Positions 1 to 11,764 of a stretch of DNA of 34,259 nucleotides are shown here, piece after piece; the first letter of the stretch is position 1; each line of letters begins with the position of its first letter. Location of the stretch: assembly GCF_001194135.2 (NCBI RefSeq), contig NC_068989.1, positions 16,535,562-16,569,820 of the forward strand, read 5' to 3'. A program made the translations under genes and the position numbers. The notes under the pieces are model-generated. The model saw only the letters and a list, made by a program, of their open reading frames with translations. It made no database searches and was not told where the DNA came from. The DNA comes from Octopus bimaculoides (taxonomy: Eukaryota).

Positions 1-127
1 ATATATATATATATATATATATATACATGCATACATATATATACACATACATACATATATACACATACATATATACACACACATATATACACGCATACAT
101 TCATATATACACACACATATATACACA

Positions 128-165
<38 letters not shown>

Positions 166-320
166 CACATACATATACACAAACATATATATACATATAC
201 ATATATATACACATACATATACACAAACATATATATACACATACATATATATATACACATACACATACACATATATACACATGCATACATACATACATAC
301 ATACATATACACACAGATAT
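1..320. repeat. Compound (TA)n/(CA)n/(TACA)n microsatellite
   Basis: Directly visible low-complexity AT/AC alternation. It explains the HTYI/VCVY ORFs. Confidence 0.95.
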
Positions 321-321
321 A

Positions 322-520
322 TTCTTTTATTTGTTTCAATCATTTGACTGCAGCCATGCTGGAGCACCGCCTTTAGTTGAACAAATCGACCTCAGGACTT
401 ATTCTTTGGAAGGCTAGTACTTATTCTATCGGTCTTTTTTACCGAACCGCTAAGTTACGGGTATGTAAACACACCAACATCGGTTGTCAAGCGATGGTGG
501 GGGACAGACACAAACACACA
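322..520 (-). mobile_element. tRNA-derived SINE (family A), 3' half
   Basis: Reverse complement of the 3' half of the full copy at 24485-24902. Shared blocks: gtgctccagcatggctgcagtcaaatga, gaccgatagaataa, cttgacaaccga. Confidence 0.85.
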
Positions 521-1115
521 CACACATATATATATAAATAAATTAAATTNNNNNNNNNNNNNNNNNNNNNNNNNNNNNNNNNNNNNNNNNNNNNNNNNNN
601 NNNNNNNNNNNNNNNNNNNNNNNNNNNNNNNNNNNNNNNNNNNNNNNNNNNNNNNNNNNNNNNNNNNNNNNNNNNNNNNNNNNNNNNNNNNNNNNNNNNN
701 NNNNNNNNNNNNNNNNNNNNNNNNNNNNNNNNNNNNNNNNNNNNNNNNNNNNNNNNNNNNNNNNNNNNNNNNNNNNNNNNNNNNNNNNNNNNNNNNNNNN
801 NNNNNNNNNNNNNNNNNNNNNNNNNNNNNNNNNNNNNNNNNNNNNNNNNNNNNNNNNNNNNNNNNNNNNNNNNNNNNNNNNNNNNNNNNNNNNNNNNNNN
901 NNNNNNNNNNNNNNNNNNNNNNNNNNNNNNNNNNNNNNNNNNNNNNNNNNNNNNNNNNNNNNNNNNNNNNNNNNNNNNNNNNNNNNNNNNNNNNNNNNNN
1001 NNNNNNNNNNNNNNNNNNNNNNNNNNNNNNNNNNNNNNNNNNNNNNNNNNNTTATATAATAAATTACGCTGTGCGTATCTATGTGTGTAACAATTTTAGA
1101 GTTCGGATTCTAGAG

Positions 1116-1146
1116 TTAGGGTTAGTTTTAGGGTTAGGGTTAGGGG
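1116..1146 (+). repeat. Short degenerate TTAGGG array
   Basis: ttagggttagttttagggttagggttagggg seen directly. Confidence 0.8.
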
Positions 1147-1199
1147 ATTAATACGATATACACCGTTACAGCGCTAACTGTTTTCAACTGAATAGACGT

Positions 1200-1382
1200 C
1201 AGTGATTAGTAGAAATTCTCGAAATAAGACAATTTTTTACATGAAATAAATTCGAATACAAAAATATTTTTCTGTTCTATAACACAAAATAGATAAGTAT
1301 ACGAAGTTTGAAAGTCTTTCCGTACCAAAAACACTACATAAAACATAAATGAAAACTGGCGCCCCCGTTTTGAAATAGATCC
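1200..1382. mobile_element. Right end of a GGATCT-TIR MITE (left end lost in the N gap)
   Basis: Nearly identical to 32300-32482 and to the reverse complement of 6720-6863. Ends gcccccgttttgaaatagatcc. Confidence 0.85.
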
Positions 1383-2969
1383 AAGCTACTTACTGTGTGT
1401 GTGTGTGTGTGTGTGTCTCTCTCTCAGAGTAGGGGCGAGGTAGAAAAAAGTGATATCAGCTATTGCAGCGTTGGCAGTTCAAGTACATCTTCAGAATAAC
1501 ACCCTTCGCTTACAGAATAAGGAATAGGTCTTATTCTTTTTATATAATAAACATTCTGTTGAATATTAAAGAATAATAATGTTACAATTATCTCAATTCT
1601 TAAGTTCGAAGCAAGTGGAATTTAAGTGAACATTGCTCAGAGGTCGCTTCCTGTTTTGAAAAATCAGTGTAAACTAAAGTTTTTATTTCTTTCTACAAAT
1701 AGATAAGGAGTCATCTTTAGAAAGAAAGAATTCTTCCTGTCTTAGTCTTAGGCACTCAAATGAGAAACTTGTGACGTAGTTATCTATTCTTGACCTGTAT
1801 ATGTGCGTGTCATTAATATGAAGTTAGCGTTGACAGTTCAAATACAGACGACACTGTAGTCTTTAGTTTATTTATTCTTTGTCGTGTATTTTGCAAACAA
1901 TAACGTTGTTGTTGTTTTTTTTGTTATAGGTTTCCAACGAATCCATTTCTCATTCACTATATTTCAATGGCGAGAATGACAAAGATATGACTGGTCAACG
2001 TGGGTAGTATAAATACAAGAAAGTATCTTGATTTTTTTTTTCCGACACACCTGTTTATCAGCAATTTCCTTACCAATGTGTACATATATCCTTCACCAAT
2101 ATGCACGTGATCACACACACACACACACGATAGTTTTCCGCACAATTTTCATCTATCAAGTTTTACTCATAAATTTTGAATAACTTGAAGCCACGGTTTA
2201 AAACATTTGCCTAAGGTATCTCGCTGTGTTATGGTGACCAGAAAAATGTGGCAGCAGAGCAAACTTCTTTATCACATATAAAATGGCTCACGTTATTTCC
2301 GTGTAATAACATTTTTATTACACAGTAATGCTGTAAACTGTGAAATAGCATAACTTGAGATCGATAAAATAAAATACCCATTCTATTCCGAAGTCGTGGT
2401 ATAAATCGATTTTACCCTACCCCCGATATTTAGAGTCTTGTGTCTAAATTTAGAAATCATTATAACAATCGTTGTATAAAGAGGACGGCCTGAAGAACCT
2501 ATTAAAGAGGCAACTAGTTCCAGTCCCAGTTCTAAGTTCAAAATCTTGCTGAAGTTGATTTCGTTTTTTGTCCTTCCACTACAACCGTCTTTGGAAAACG
2601 AGAACATACAACCAAATATTGATAATATACGTATTTCATGGATCAGTCGGTTTAGCAAAGTAGCTGCAAATGATAACTTCTTTCCTTTTTCAATAAACAC
2701 AAAACTAATATTTATGGTATAAGTGATAGTCGACATGTTTTCAATTTGGACATTGATCTTTGTCATAAATCATTTGAATCTCTCTTCATTAGATCTGAAG
2801 TCAATTCTGAAATATAACAAAATGTTGTAAGATATTTCATCCGGTGTTCCCTTATTACAATCAACCCACTGCCCTATTCATTGTTGATTGGACCTAGGAC
2901 CAACTATTTTTTGACAGCAATAATAATTTTTAATAGCAGCACAAAGAAAAACATTTAAAGAGAAGCAGT

Positions 2970-3125
2970 TCGACGATTATATCGACCGTAGTATTTAATT
3001 GTTTTCTATTTTATCGACTCAAGAAGGATAAAAGACAAAGTTAATTTCAACCAGATTTGAACTCTAAACAAAAAAAGCTGGAACAAATCCTGTAAGAAAT
3101 TTTGTCCGATGCTATAACGATTTTC
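2970..3125 (-). mobile_element. Degenerate SINE (family B) fragment
   Basis: Eroded similarity to the reverse complement of the family B body (ttttatcgac...gaaggataaaagacaaagtt...atttgaactc). Confidence 0.55.
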
Positions 3126-3904
3126 CTAATCCAATACTCTAAATTTGCCACAACGACACAGATATGGATAAAAGGATATATTCGAGTAAATGGACCGTTG
3201 TTAATGACTGGTGTTTCTATCGAATCACGGGTGAATAAAAGTCAAAGGTGTTTCCAGTGAGGTTTAAATCCGGAAGCTAATTACGTAATCCCAGATGCAA
3301 AAAATAAATATAATTTTGTTTCCAAGAATAAAACGCCATAAAAAATTCAAGTTGGATTGGGGAGGGGAGTAAATTGATAGAATCGTTACAGCATCGGATT
3401 GAATGCCTTGCAGATATTTCTCTGGATCTCTCCGACTTGAGGTCAAATCTCGCCGGGATCAACTCTGGTTTTCGTCCTTTTGGGTCCTGTATATATATAA
3501 TTCCTGTCTTTAGCGATGGATTGATACAATTGTCAGAGCATCGGACAGAATTCTTAGTGATGTATTATCCGGTTTTATGTGTCCTGTGTTTAAAATTTTG
3601 TCTAAACCACCTGGAAAGAGGATACTGTGGTGTAACTTCTTCCGAATGGTCTAATAAAACCCGAACCTAAAAACCAACCTAAAAACACTATGTCTTTATT
3701 GAGTAGGGACAATTTAAAAGTACTAAATGCTTATAAGATGCTGATGATGGCGACGGAGTATATAGCCAATTGAACGGAGTCCAGGACATACCTGGTACTT
3801 ACTTTTGTTGACCCTGGAAGGATGAAAAGTAAATTCACCAGAACATTAAAAAAACATCCAAACTAAATTCTGCAAAACAAGTAGTAAGATATTGGTTTTA
3901 AATG

Positions 3905-4096
3905 TTGGCACAAGGCCAGCAGGTTTGGGAGAAGGATGGGTCAATTATACCGACCCCACTGCTCAACCGGTACTTATTTTATTGGAAGTATGAAAGGCAA
4001 AGTCGACTCCGGCGGAATTTGAACTCAGAACGTAAAGACAGTCGAAATGCTGCCAACCATTTTGTAAGGCGTGCTAACGATTCTGCCAGCTCGCCG
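3905..4096 (-). mobile_element. tRNA-derived SINE (family B)
   Basis: Minus strand reads gcggcgagctggcagaatcgttagcacg...gttctgagttcaaattccgccggagtcgactttgcctttcat...aagtaccggttgagcagtggggtcg. It has A-box and B-box-like motifs and matches the copies at 16681, 20202 and 27938. Confidence 0.85.
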
Positions 4097-4415
4097 CTCG
4101 ACAGAAGTTAGCTATTAAAGGGAAAAGTAAATAAAATGTAAAAGGAAAGAAATTGAATCACTTCGTTTTATTTCTGAAACTGATTTCAATGTTGTTCTTT
4201 GTCACTTTTGTGATATCAGAGATGATGATGATGTCATTGCTTGTTGCAGATGTTTTTTTCTAATTTGTTGTTCTTTATTATTGTTGTGGCTTGAGATAAT
4301 TTTCAAGGATGTGTCCATATCCGAATCTTGTTTTGAGTTCTCTAATATCTGAACTAACAAAACACTACGAAGAAAATGGAATGAACGAGGAAAAAAAAAA
4401 AAGAAAAAAATTCAA

Positions 4416-5279
4416 TCACATCGGTGTATTGGATACGACTCTGAGTTGCGTTAATCGTGTTTCATTTGGTCGCTTCCATTTTAGCATGAGCAACAGTTCT
4501 TCACGAAATATTTTACTAACAATTACGTACAATATAAAGTTGAATGTGTTGTTGGTAGAAAGTAGTAATCTGAGAAAGAGTAAAAGAATAGAATCAGGAT
4601 TTTCGATGTTGTTTAAGATGATGGATGCTGGAAATGTGGTCATCAGAAAAAAGCCACTTATCGCGAAAACCAATAGAACTGGCTGCAAATTGGGAGAACC
4701 GCGTGCAGGAGCTGATTGTGTGCAGAGTTTGTAAGTGATGACAGCATTGCTCAGAATCAAAATGGCACTGGGAATTATGCTGTATTTGATCAAGTAGGAG
4801 TTCTTTAAGATGCTAGAACCGTTGCAATTATTGCCCTCCAGTTTCCACAGTATACTCATCGGCGCATTGATTATAATCAGCAACGTAACAAGAACAACCA
4901 GCGAAGTTGCCTGGCAGCGCTTTGAACGGTCCAGATAAGGGAAAAGCACGAAAACCATTCTTTCGATTGTGATAATAACAGACATCCATGATGATCCTTC
5001 CAGAAAGAAAAATATAAAAAACTTAGTCAACTTACACTGTTTATCGCTGCTATAGTCACCAATTACATCGTAAGTTTCCATTATGTTTGGCAACAGACCA
5101 GAATAGAGAACGCCGAGGTCGAATATACTCAAAACAATGAGGTACTCCCGCATCATTAACAGTTTTGTGCCTTTGCGACAAAGAACCGCCAGAGATAAAA
5201 CACAGTTTAGTGTTCCGAAAAACATGTAGCCGATTGCAAATGCAATTAATATCAACAAGAGGGTACTTTCTTCCACCAT
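4416..5279 (-). CDS. Intronless class A (rhodopsin-like) 7TM GPCR, 287 aa; FMRFamide/peptide-receptor-like or chemosensory-type orphan
   Basis: Uninterrupted ATG-to-stop ORF with seven hydrophobic segments. Class A motif variants: TM1 GTLN, TM2 LSIFD, Cys before TM3 (KQCKL) and Cys in ECL2 (NNC), TM3 TIERM (E/DRY), TM5 IIP...SN, TM6 FLMTTFP, TM7 NNTFNFILY (NPxxY variant), helix 8 SKIFREEL. Confidence 0.92.
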   Translation of the reverse strand: MVEESTLLLILIAFAIGYMFFGTLNCVLSLAVLCRKGTKLLMMREYLIVLSIFDLGVLYSGLLPNIMETYDVIGDYSSDKQCKLTKFFIFFFLEGSSWMSVIITIERMVFVLFPYLDRSKRCQATSLVVLVTLLIIINAPMSILWKLEGNNCNGSSILKNSYLIKYSIIPSAILILSNAVITYKLCTQSAPARGSPNLQPVLLVFAISGFFLMTTFPASIILNNIENPDSILLLFLRLLLSTNNTFNFILYVIVSKIFREELLLMLKWKRPNETRLTQLRVVSNTPM

Positions 5280-6719
5280 ATTGAATAAATATTAGATACT
5301 TCTGTTTTGCTGTTTTGTTAGTATTTTTCTTCTATCACCGCGAATGATTTGAACAAAATATTAGAACGAAAACATCTGTACTGTTAAAAATAATATTAAA
5401 TTTTTTTTAAATTACAAAACTAGTTTTGATAAATGAACAATATATTTTCTTTGTTCATTCAGAGCTTAAATTTTCGCTGCCTTCTTTGTAATGATAAAAA
5501 AAAATAAGTGAACTTCGTTTCACTTCTGTTTCTTTAGGGTTTTATTTTTGCTTGTTTGTTGTTGTTTTTAAAGCTTTAAGTAGTTCTTTATATCATAAAA
5601 TGATTGGTTGCTTTTGTTGTTAAGTGTTTCTCAAGAATTCCTTTCGGCTGGTGAGTTTTTGTTATTGTTGTTTAAACACATAGCAAAATTCTTGCTCTTG
5701 TTTGCTCTCTCGATGACGTTGAGTAATTGCTGTGCTACAATACAAAAACGATGGTTATTCTGGATATTCTGTCCGTCATATCTTTCAATTTATCTATCAG
5801 ACTCTCCATATATATCTCTTTATTTCAATATCTTCATTCAACCATCCGTCTATGTCTGCTTCACTTGTCTACTTGTCAATACAAAGGTTGCTGAAGTTTG
5901 TAATTATATATATATATATACATATACATACATATACATATATATATANNNNNNNNNNNNNNNNNNNNNNNNNNNNNNNNNNNNNNNNNNNNNNNNNNNN
6001 NNNNNNNNNNNNNNNNNNNNNNNNNNNNNNNNNNNNNNNNNNNNNNNNNNNNNNNNNNNNNNNNNNNNNNNNNNNNNNNNNNNNNNNNNNNNNNNNNNNN
6101 NNNNNNNNNNNNNNNNNNNNNNNNNNNNNNNNNNNNNNNNNNNNNNNNNNNNNNNNNNNNNNNNNNNNNNNNNNNNNNNNNNNNNNNNNNNNNNNNNNAT
6201 ATATATATATATATAACTTTATAGTACCATGGTCAACTGTAAGTGAATATTTCCTTCTCTTCAAATAATTAACAGGATATACTCAGTGTATGTGGTGTCG
6301 TAAGCAACCGCTCAAAAGCACTGCACCACTCAACAACGAACCTCCCTACCATTTAACAATTCTTAAAAAAACTATTCTGACAACCACCACCAACATTATA
6401 TGAACCTCACCTCCGCCCTTTTACCAACAAATATTACCAGCACCACCACCGCCTTCACCGTCAACACTACTACTACCACCTCCTCCTTCACCAATACACA
6501 CAGAATCCCACTACTACTACTGCTACCGCCTTCACCATCAAGACTACCTCCCCTACTACAACCACTAGCGTTTTCGCCATCACTAACCCAGTCACCAGCA
6601 CAATTATCATCTTTAAGTATTCCCTATATGGTTGCTGAACCTACTAGAAATAGCTGCCAAATCACACCCCTCAATTTGTACTGTATCATCATTTAAAAAA
6701 GAATGCTAGGACAAATTAG

Positions 6720-7116
6720 GGATCTAGTTCAAAACGGGGGCACCAGTTTTCATTTATGTTTTATGTAGTGTTTTTGGTACCGAAAGACTTTCAAACTCCG
6801 TATACTTATCTATTTTGTGTTATAGAACAGAAAAATATTTTTGTATTCGAATTAATTTCATGTNNNNNNNNNNGACAAGGAAATAATAATTTTATCACCG
6901 CCAGAATCGTTTGAGAATCGTTTGTTTACGTAGTCAGCACTTAATGTATTCGGCTGAATGGACGACAACTTTAACATGAAATAAATTGCAATATAATAAT
7001 TTTTCTTAAGAAGACTAAGAGAAAAAGAAGTTTTAATATGACACATTCTACCAGTGTCCCAAGTTTCAAAGTGTTTCGTTAAGAAAATATTGGTGCCCCC
7101 GTTTTGAACTAGATCC
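6720..7116. mobile_element. Non-autonomous DNA transposon (MITE), Merlin-like
   Basis: Perfect 26-bp TIRs: ggatctagttcaaaacgggggcacca (6720-6745) and tggtgcccccgttttgaactagatcc (7091-7116). Exact 8-bp TSD caaattag at 6712-6719 and 7117-7124. The superfamily is inferred from the GG termini plus the 8-bp TSD. Confidence 0.9.
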
Positions 7117-8395
7117 CAAATTAGATTAGTGTTTCCTAGATTTACAGTATGTCTAAGAGAGAAAAAAAAACGGAATGGTCTCGACTGGAACATCGTTAAC
7201 AATAGGTCTTTGATCGAGTCCATGGGTTAAAAAATCATTGTTATTGAAGGCAGTGGGGAAGCAACAACATTAAAGATAAAATTCTAAACAGCTGACGGTG
7301 TTTAGTTATGTTCCTTCTACGTTTTAAGTTCGAACCTCAACTCCACCGGAATTGACTTGTCCGTTCATCATTCTGCAGACGATAAGTACGAGCCATGCAA
7401 TAAGACCGAGTCAACAGACTTGTATTGCACAGTAAATAACTATCAGGTTAGTTTCAACAGACTGCTCTCCTTCCCGTTCACGTTTACAGTCTGCTGTAAA
7501 TGAAATCATTATCTTAAATTATAAAGTGAATGTGTGTGTATATATACATATATATATGTATATATGTATGTGTGTATATATATATATATATATNNNNNNN
7601 NNNNNNNNNNNNNNNNNNNNNNNNNNNNNNNNNNNNNNNNNNNNNNNNNNNNNNNNNNNNNNNNNNNNNNNNNNNNNNNNNNNNNNNNNNNNNNNNNNNN
7701 NNNNNNNNNNNNNNNNNNNNNNNNNNNNNNNNNNNNNNNNNNNNNNNNNNNNNNNNNNNNNNNNNNNNNNNNNNNNNNNNNNNNNNNNNNNNNNNNNNNN
7801 NNNNNNNNNNNNNNNNNNNNNNNNNNNNNNNNNNNNNNNNNNNNNNNNNNNNNNNNNNNNNNNNNNNNNNNNNNNNNNNNNNNNNNNNNNNNNNNNNNNN
7901 NNNNNNNNNNNNNNNNNNNNNNNNNNNNNNNNNNNNNNNNNNNNNNNNNNNNNNNNNNNNNNNNNNNNNNNNNNNNNNNNNNNNNNNNNNNNNNNNNNNN
8001 NNNNNNNNNNNNNNNNNNNNNNNNNNNNNNNNNNNNNNNNNNNNNNNNNNNNNNNNNNNNNNNNNNNNNNNNNNNNNNNNNNNNNNNNNNNNNNNNNNNN
8101 NNNNNNNNNNNNNNNNNNNNNNNNNNNNNNNNNNNNNNNNNNNNNNNNNNNNNNNNNNNNNNNNNNNNNNNNNNNNNNNNNNNNNNNNNNNNNNNNNNNN
8201 NNNNNNNNNNNNNNNNNNNNNNNNNNNNNNNNNNNNNNNNNNNNNNNNNNNNNNNNNNNNNNNNNNNNNNNNNNNNNNNNNNNNNNNNNNNNNNNNNNNN
8301 NNNNNNNNNNNNNNNNNNNNNNNNNNNNNNNNNNNNNNNNNNNNNNNNNNNNNNNNNNNNNNNNNNNNNNNNNNNNNNNNNNNNNNNNNNNNNNN

Positions 8396-8452
<57 letters not shown>

Positions 8453-8499
8453 CACATCAGCGAAGCTTTCAGTCATACCTGACATATAACTCATCTGGC

Positions 8500-9420
8500 A
8501 AAACTATCTTCTTACGGGCACCATCCGTCTCCCGTCTCTTGGACCAGTGGTTTCCTGTCCCCTTCTAATTAGATGATGCCATTCTCTACTCCTCTCTAAC
8601 ATTCTGCATTCTAGCCCCAACTGCATGTAACCTAGGCACCTTGTGTCAAGCCCGTGCCTACTCAACAAATGGAGTCCAACAACAACATAGCTTTCAGTGG
8701 GAAATGCCAATCTTGTCTACTTCCAGACCACAAAGGAACAATCATTACACCTGCCTAGAAAACATCTTGACAGGTGTAATGATTAAGCATGAACGGAACG
8801 CTATTGAAGTCCTCAAGGCAGCTCAAAATTTTAATTTTCACCATTAATGAAAATCTTTTGACGAACGTGCATACTCAAATATCGTAGAGATTACATTACA
8901 AAGACTGGCCTTCCATTCCAGTGTCAGAAAATACTTCAGACCCCATCAACTACTAACTTTTCCACAAGGCTTAAGTGAGACCACCGTGGAGTACTGCATT
9001 CATATTTGAGAAGGTACCGTTATTACACAAACAGACATTCAAGAAAGACCACTTAGATGGTTAATATGAAGTCTCTCACCAACACATTCCAGGCTCCACT
9101 CACAAACCTGCTGTCACTCCACCTCTCTCTTTTATAGTTACTACAACGGTCTCAGTTTGGTTTGGTTACATTCTACTCCTGCCTGCAGGCACTCACGGCT
9201 CATTGGTCTCGCCCTCTCTCATCATCTTTTTTGCGTCCACACCCAACATTTAATCGAAAGGCAGGAACTAATCGCTACACCCACTCCTCTCTGTCCAGAA
9301 TATCGACTCTGTGAAATTCCTGTTCTGCGCTTGTTCTCCCTGCAAGAACATCAACAAGGTCAACGTCACCTGCTTCGGGGGCCGTGCGCACAACCTCCTT
9401 TTTCAGACCAAACCATTAAA
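8500..9420 (+). mobile_element. Degraded CR1/L2-type LINE, C-terminal RT region and 3' end
   Basis: Frameshifted translations VRKYFRPHQLLTF...TVEYCIHI* (8923-9009) and SLFYSYYNG (9124-9150) match the post-RT pattern (KYF...LY...RP.MEYC.H.W and SLFY.YY.G) of CR1/L2-group ORF2. Multiple stops are present. Confidence 0.65.
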
Positions 9421-9993
9421 ACATGTACACGCATTCACCCATACATGCATGTACGCGCATAGGTTTATGTTTATGAGTGCAAACGAAAGAAAAGAACACT
9501 CAATACATAATACAGATTTTATGTTTATAGGTAGTCATTCATTGATCCTCTCGATCACAGTCGTTTTGCGTAATTATGATACTTTAAGTAGTGTACTAGA
9601 TCATTAAGTGTTTATCTACGCACACGCACACACACACACATGTGTGTGTACATATGTACATATGCATGTATGTGTATGTATATATGCACGTATGCAAGAA
9701 GACAAACAAACAATAACAAGTATAAGACATGTATTTGTATGAAAATTTCATGCTGTCTTTACAGCTGTTTCGGATAATCGATGACTAGTTGATATAACTA
9801 TGCATATTATGCAAAGAAGTCAATATTCAGTCAATATTGCAGCTATGCATAAAAACAAATGAAAAATATCGACTAGCACGAATTTTGACAGCTCCGTGCA
9901 AGCACAACAAACTCATGATATCTTCATGTATGAATGTATGTATGTATGTATGTATGTATGTATGTATGTATGTATGTATGTATGTATGTGTGT

Positions 9994-10029
<36 letters not shown>

Positions 10030-10196
10030 GCAGCTATGTAGGTAGGTAGGGAGGAGGGAGGGGAGNNNNNNNNNNNNNNNNNNNNNNNNNNNNNNNNNNN
10101 NNNNNNNNNNNNNNNNNNNNNNNNNNNNNNNNNNNNNNNNNNNNNNNNNNNNNNNNNNNNNNNNNNNNNNNNNNNNNNNNNNNNNNNNNNNNNNNN

Positions 10197-10262
10197 GGGA
10201 GGGGAGAAGGGAGAAGGGAGAAGGGAGGGGAGAAGGGAGGGGAGAAGGGAGGGGAGAAGGGA
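10197..10262 (+). repeat. Purine-only GGGAGAA/GGGAG repeat
   Basis: Seen directly, next to an N gap. Confidence 0.9.
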
Positions 10263-10706
10263 GATACTTTATTTGTGTATTAAGGCTACCATTGGTTTCA
10301 GGTCAAGGAAACTTTTAACAATTATCAAGCCTATCACATTGGAACATCGGTATTATTAAGAGCTTCTTTAACAAGAAACCAATGGTAGCCTTAGTCTACA
10401 AATAAAAAATCTTTATCCACCAATTGTTCGATATTTGCATGTGTGTATGTGTGTGTACGTGTGTACGTGCGTGTTTGTGCGAATATGTGCGTGTGTATAT
10501 ATATTGTATGTATGTATGTATGTACGTATGTATGTATGTATAACGAGAGAGAGAGAGAGAATGAAAGAGATTGATATATATTCATGAGTTCAAAGAGAAA
10601 GACTGACCCATACACTGTGTATGTGCACACGCGCATGTATGTGTGTGTGTTTGTATGTGCGCGTGCATGTGTGCGTGTGTGAGCATGTGTGTGTGTTGTG
10701 TATGTA

Positions 10707-10749
<43 letters not shown>

Positions 10750-11277
10750 ACATATACATACCAGTAANNNNNNNNNNNNNNNNNNNNNNNNNNNNNNNNN
10801 NNNNNNNNNNNNNNNNNNNNNNNNNNNNNNNNNNNNNNNNNNNNNNNNNNNNNNNNNNNNNNNNNNNNNNNNNNNNNNNNNNNNNNNNNNNNNNNNNNNN
10901 NNNNNNNNNNNNNNNNNNNNNNNNNNNNNNNNNNNNNNNNNNNNNNNNNNNNNNNNNNNNNNNNNNNNNNNNNNNNNNNNNNNNNNNNNNNNNNNNNNNN
11001 NNNNNNNNNNNNNNNNNNNNNNNNNNNNNNNNNNNNNNNNNNNNNNNNNNNNNNNNNNNNNNNNNNNNNNNNNNNNNNNNNNNNNNNNNNNNNNNNNNNN
11101 NNNNNNNNNNNNNNNNNNNNNNNNNNNNNNNNNNNNNNNNNNNNNNNNNNNNNNNNNNNNNNNNNNNNNNNNNNNNNNNNNNNNNNNNNNNNNNNNNNNN
11201 NNNNNNNNNNNNNNNNNNNNNNNNNNNNNNNNNNNNNNNNNNNNNNNNNNNNNNNNGTCGCTTACGACGACGAGGGT

Positions 11278-11626
11278 TCCAGTTGATCCGATCAACGGAA
11301 CAGCCTGCTCGTGAAACTAACGTGCAAGTGGCTGAGCACTCCACAGACACGTGTACCCTTAACGTAATTCTCGGGGATATTCAGCGTGACACAGTGTGAC
11401 AAGGCTGACCCTTTGAATTACAGGCACAACAGAAACAGGAAGTAAGAGTGAGAGAAAATTGTGGTGAAAGAGTACAGCAGGGTTCTCCACCATCCCCTGC
11501 CGGAGCCTCGTGGAGCTTTAGGTGTTTTCGCTCAATAAACACTCACAACGCCCGGTCTGGGAATCGAAATCGCGATCCTAGGACCGCGAGTCCGCTGCCC
11601 CAACCACTGGGCCATTGCGCCTCCAC
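11278..11626 (-). mobile_element. tRNA-derived SINE (family C)
   Basis: Minus strand begins gtggaggcgcaatggcccagtggttggggcagcggactcgcggtcctaggatcgcgatttcgattcccagaccgg, a tRNA-like head with A and B boxes. About 280 bp of non-tRNA body follows, and (GAT)n lies adjacent. Confidence 0.8.
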
Positions 11627-11764
11627 GATGATGATAATGATGATTATAATAATGATGATCACAACGACCACGATGGCCAGGATGAGGATAGTGGGGATGA
11701 TGAGGATGACATTCAAACGCGCGCGCGCACGGACGTACGGATGTAGCAAGCATTATCCATTTGT

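Noticed and set aside
27-367. Many 60-380 aa ORFs rich in HTYI/VCVY/X throughout the window
   Set aside because: They are translations of CA/TA/TACA microsatellites or run through N gaps, with no coding signal.
1930-2005. Possible plus-strand micro-exon after a T-rich acceptor (ttttgttatag|gtttcc)
   Set aside because: No partner exons or recognisable peptide; such sites arise by chance in T-rich DNA.
6370-6600. Thr/Pro-rich ORF 6400-6696 (mucin-like)
   Set aside because: It derives from degenerate CAC/TAC trinucleotide sequence. It is short and has no signal peptide or splice support.
1240-6863. Inverted MITE sequences flanking the GPCR, suggesting a composite transposon that captured the gene
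   Set aside because: The 6720-7116 copy has both TIRs and its own TSD, and the ends facing the gene belong to two separate elements. They are independent insertions.
11540-11626. tRNA-like sequence (also 24485-24560 and family B heads)
   Set aside because: A and B boxes are present but no complete cloverleaf could be supported, and each is fused to a repeated body. These are SINE heads, not tRNA genes.
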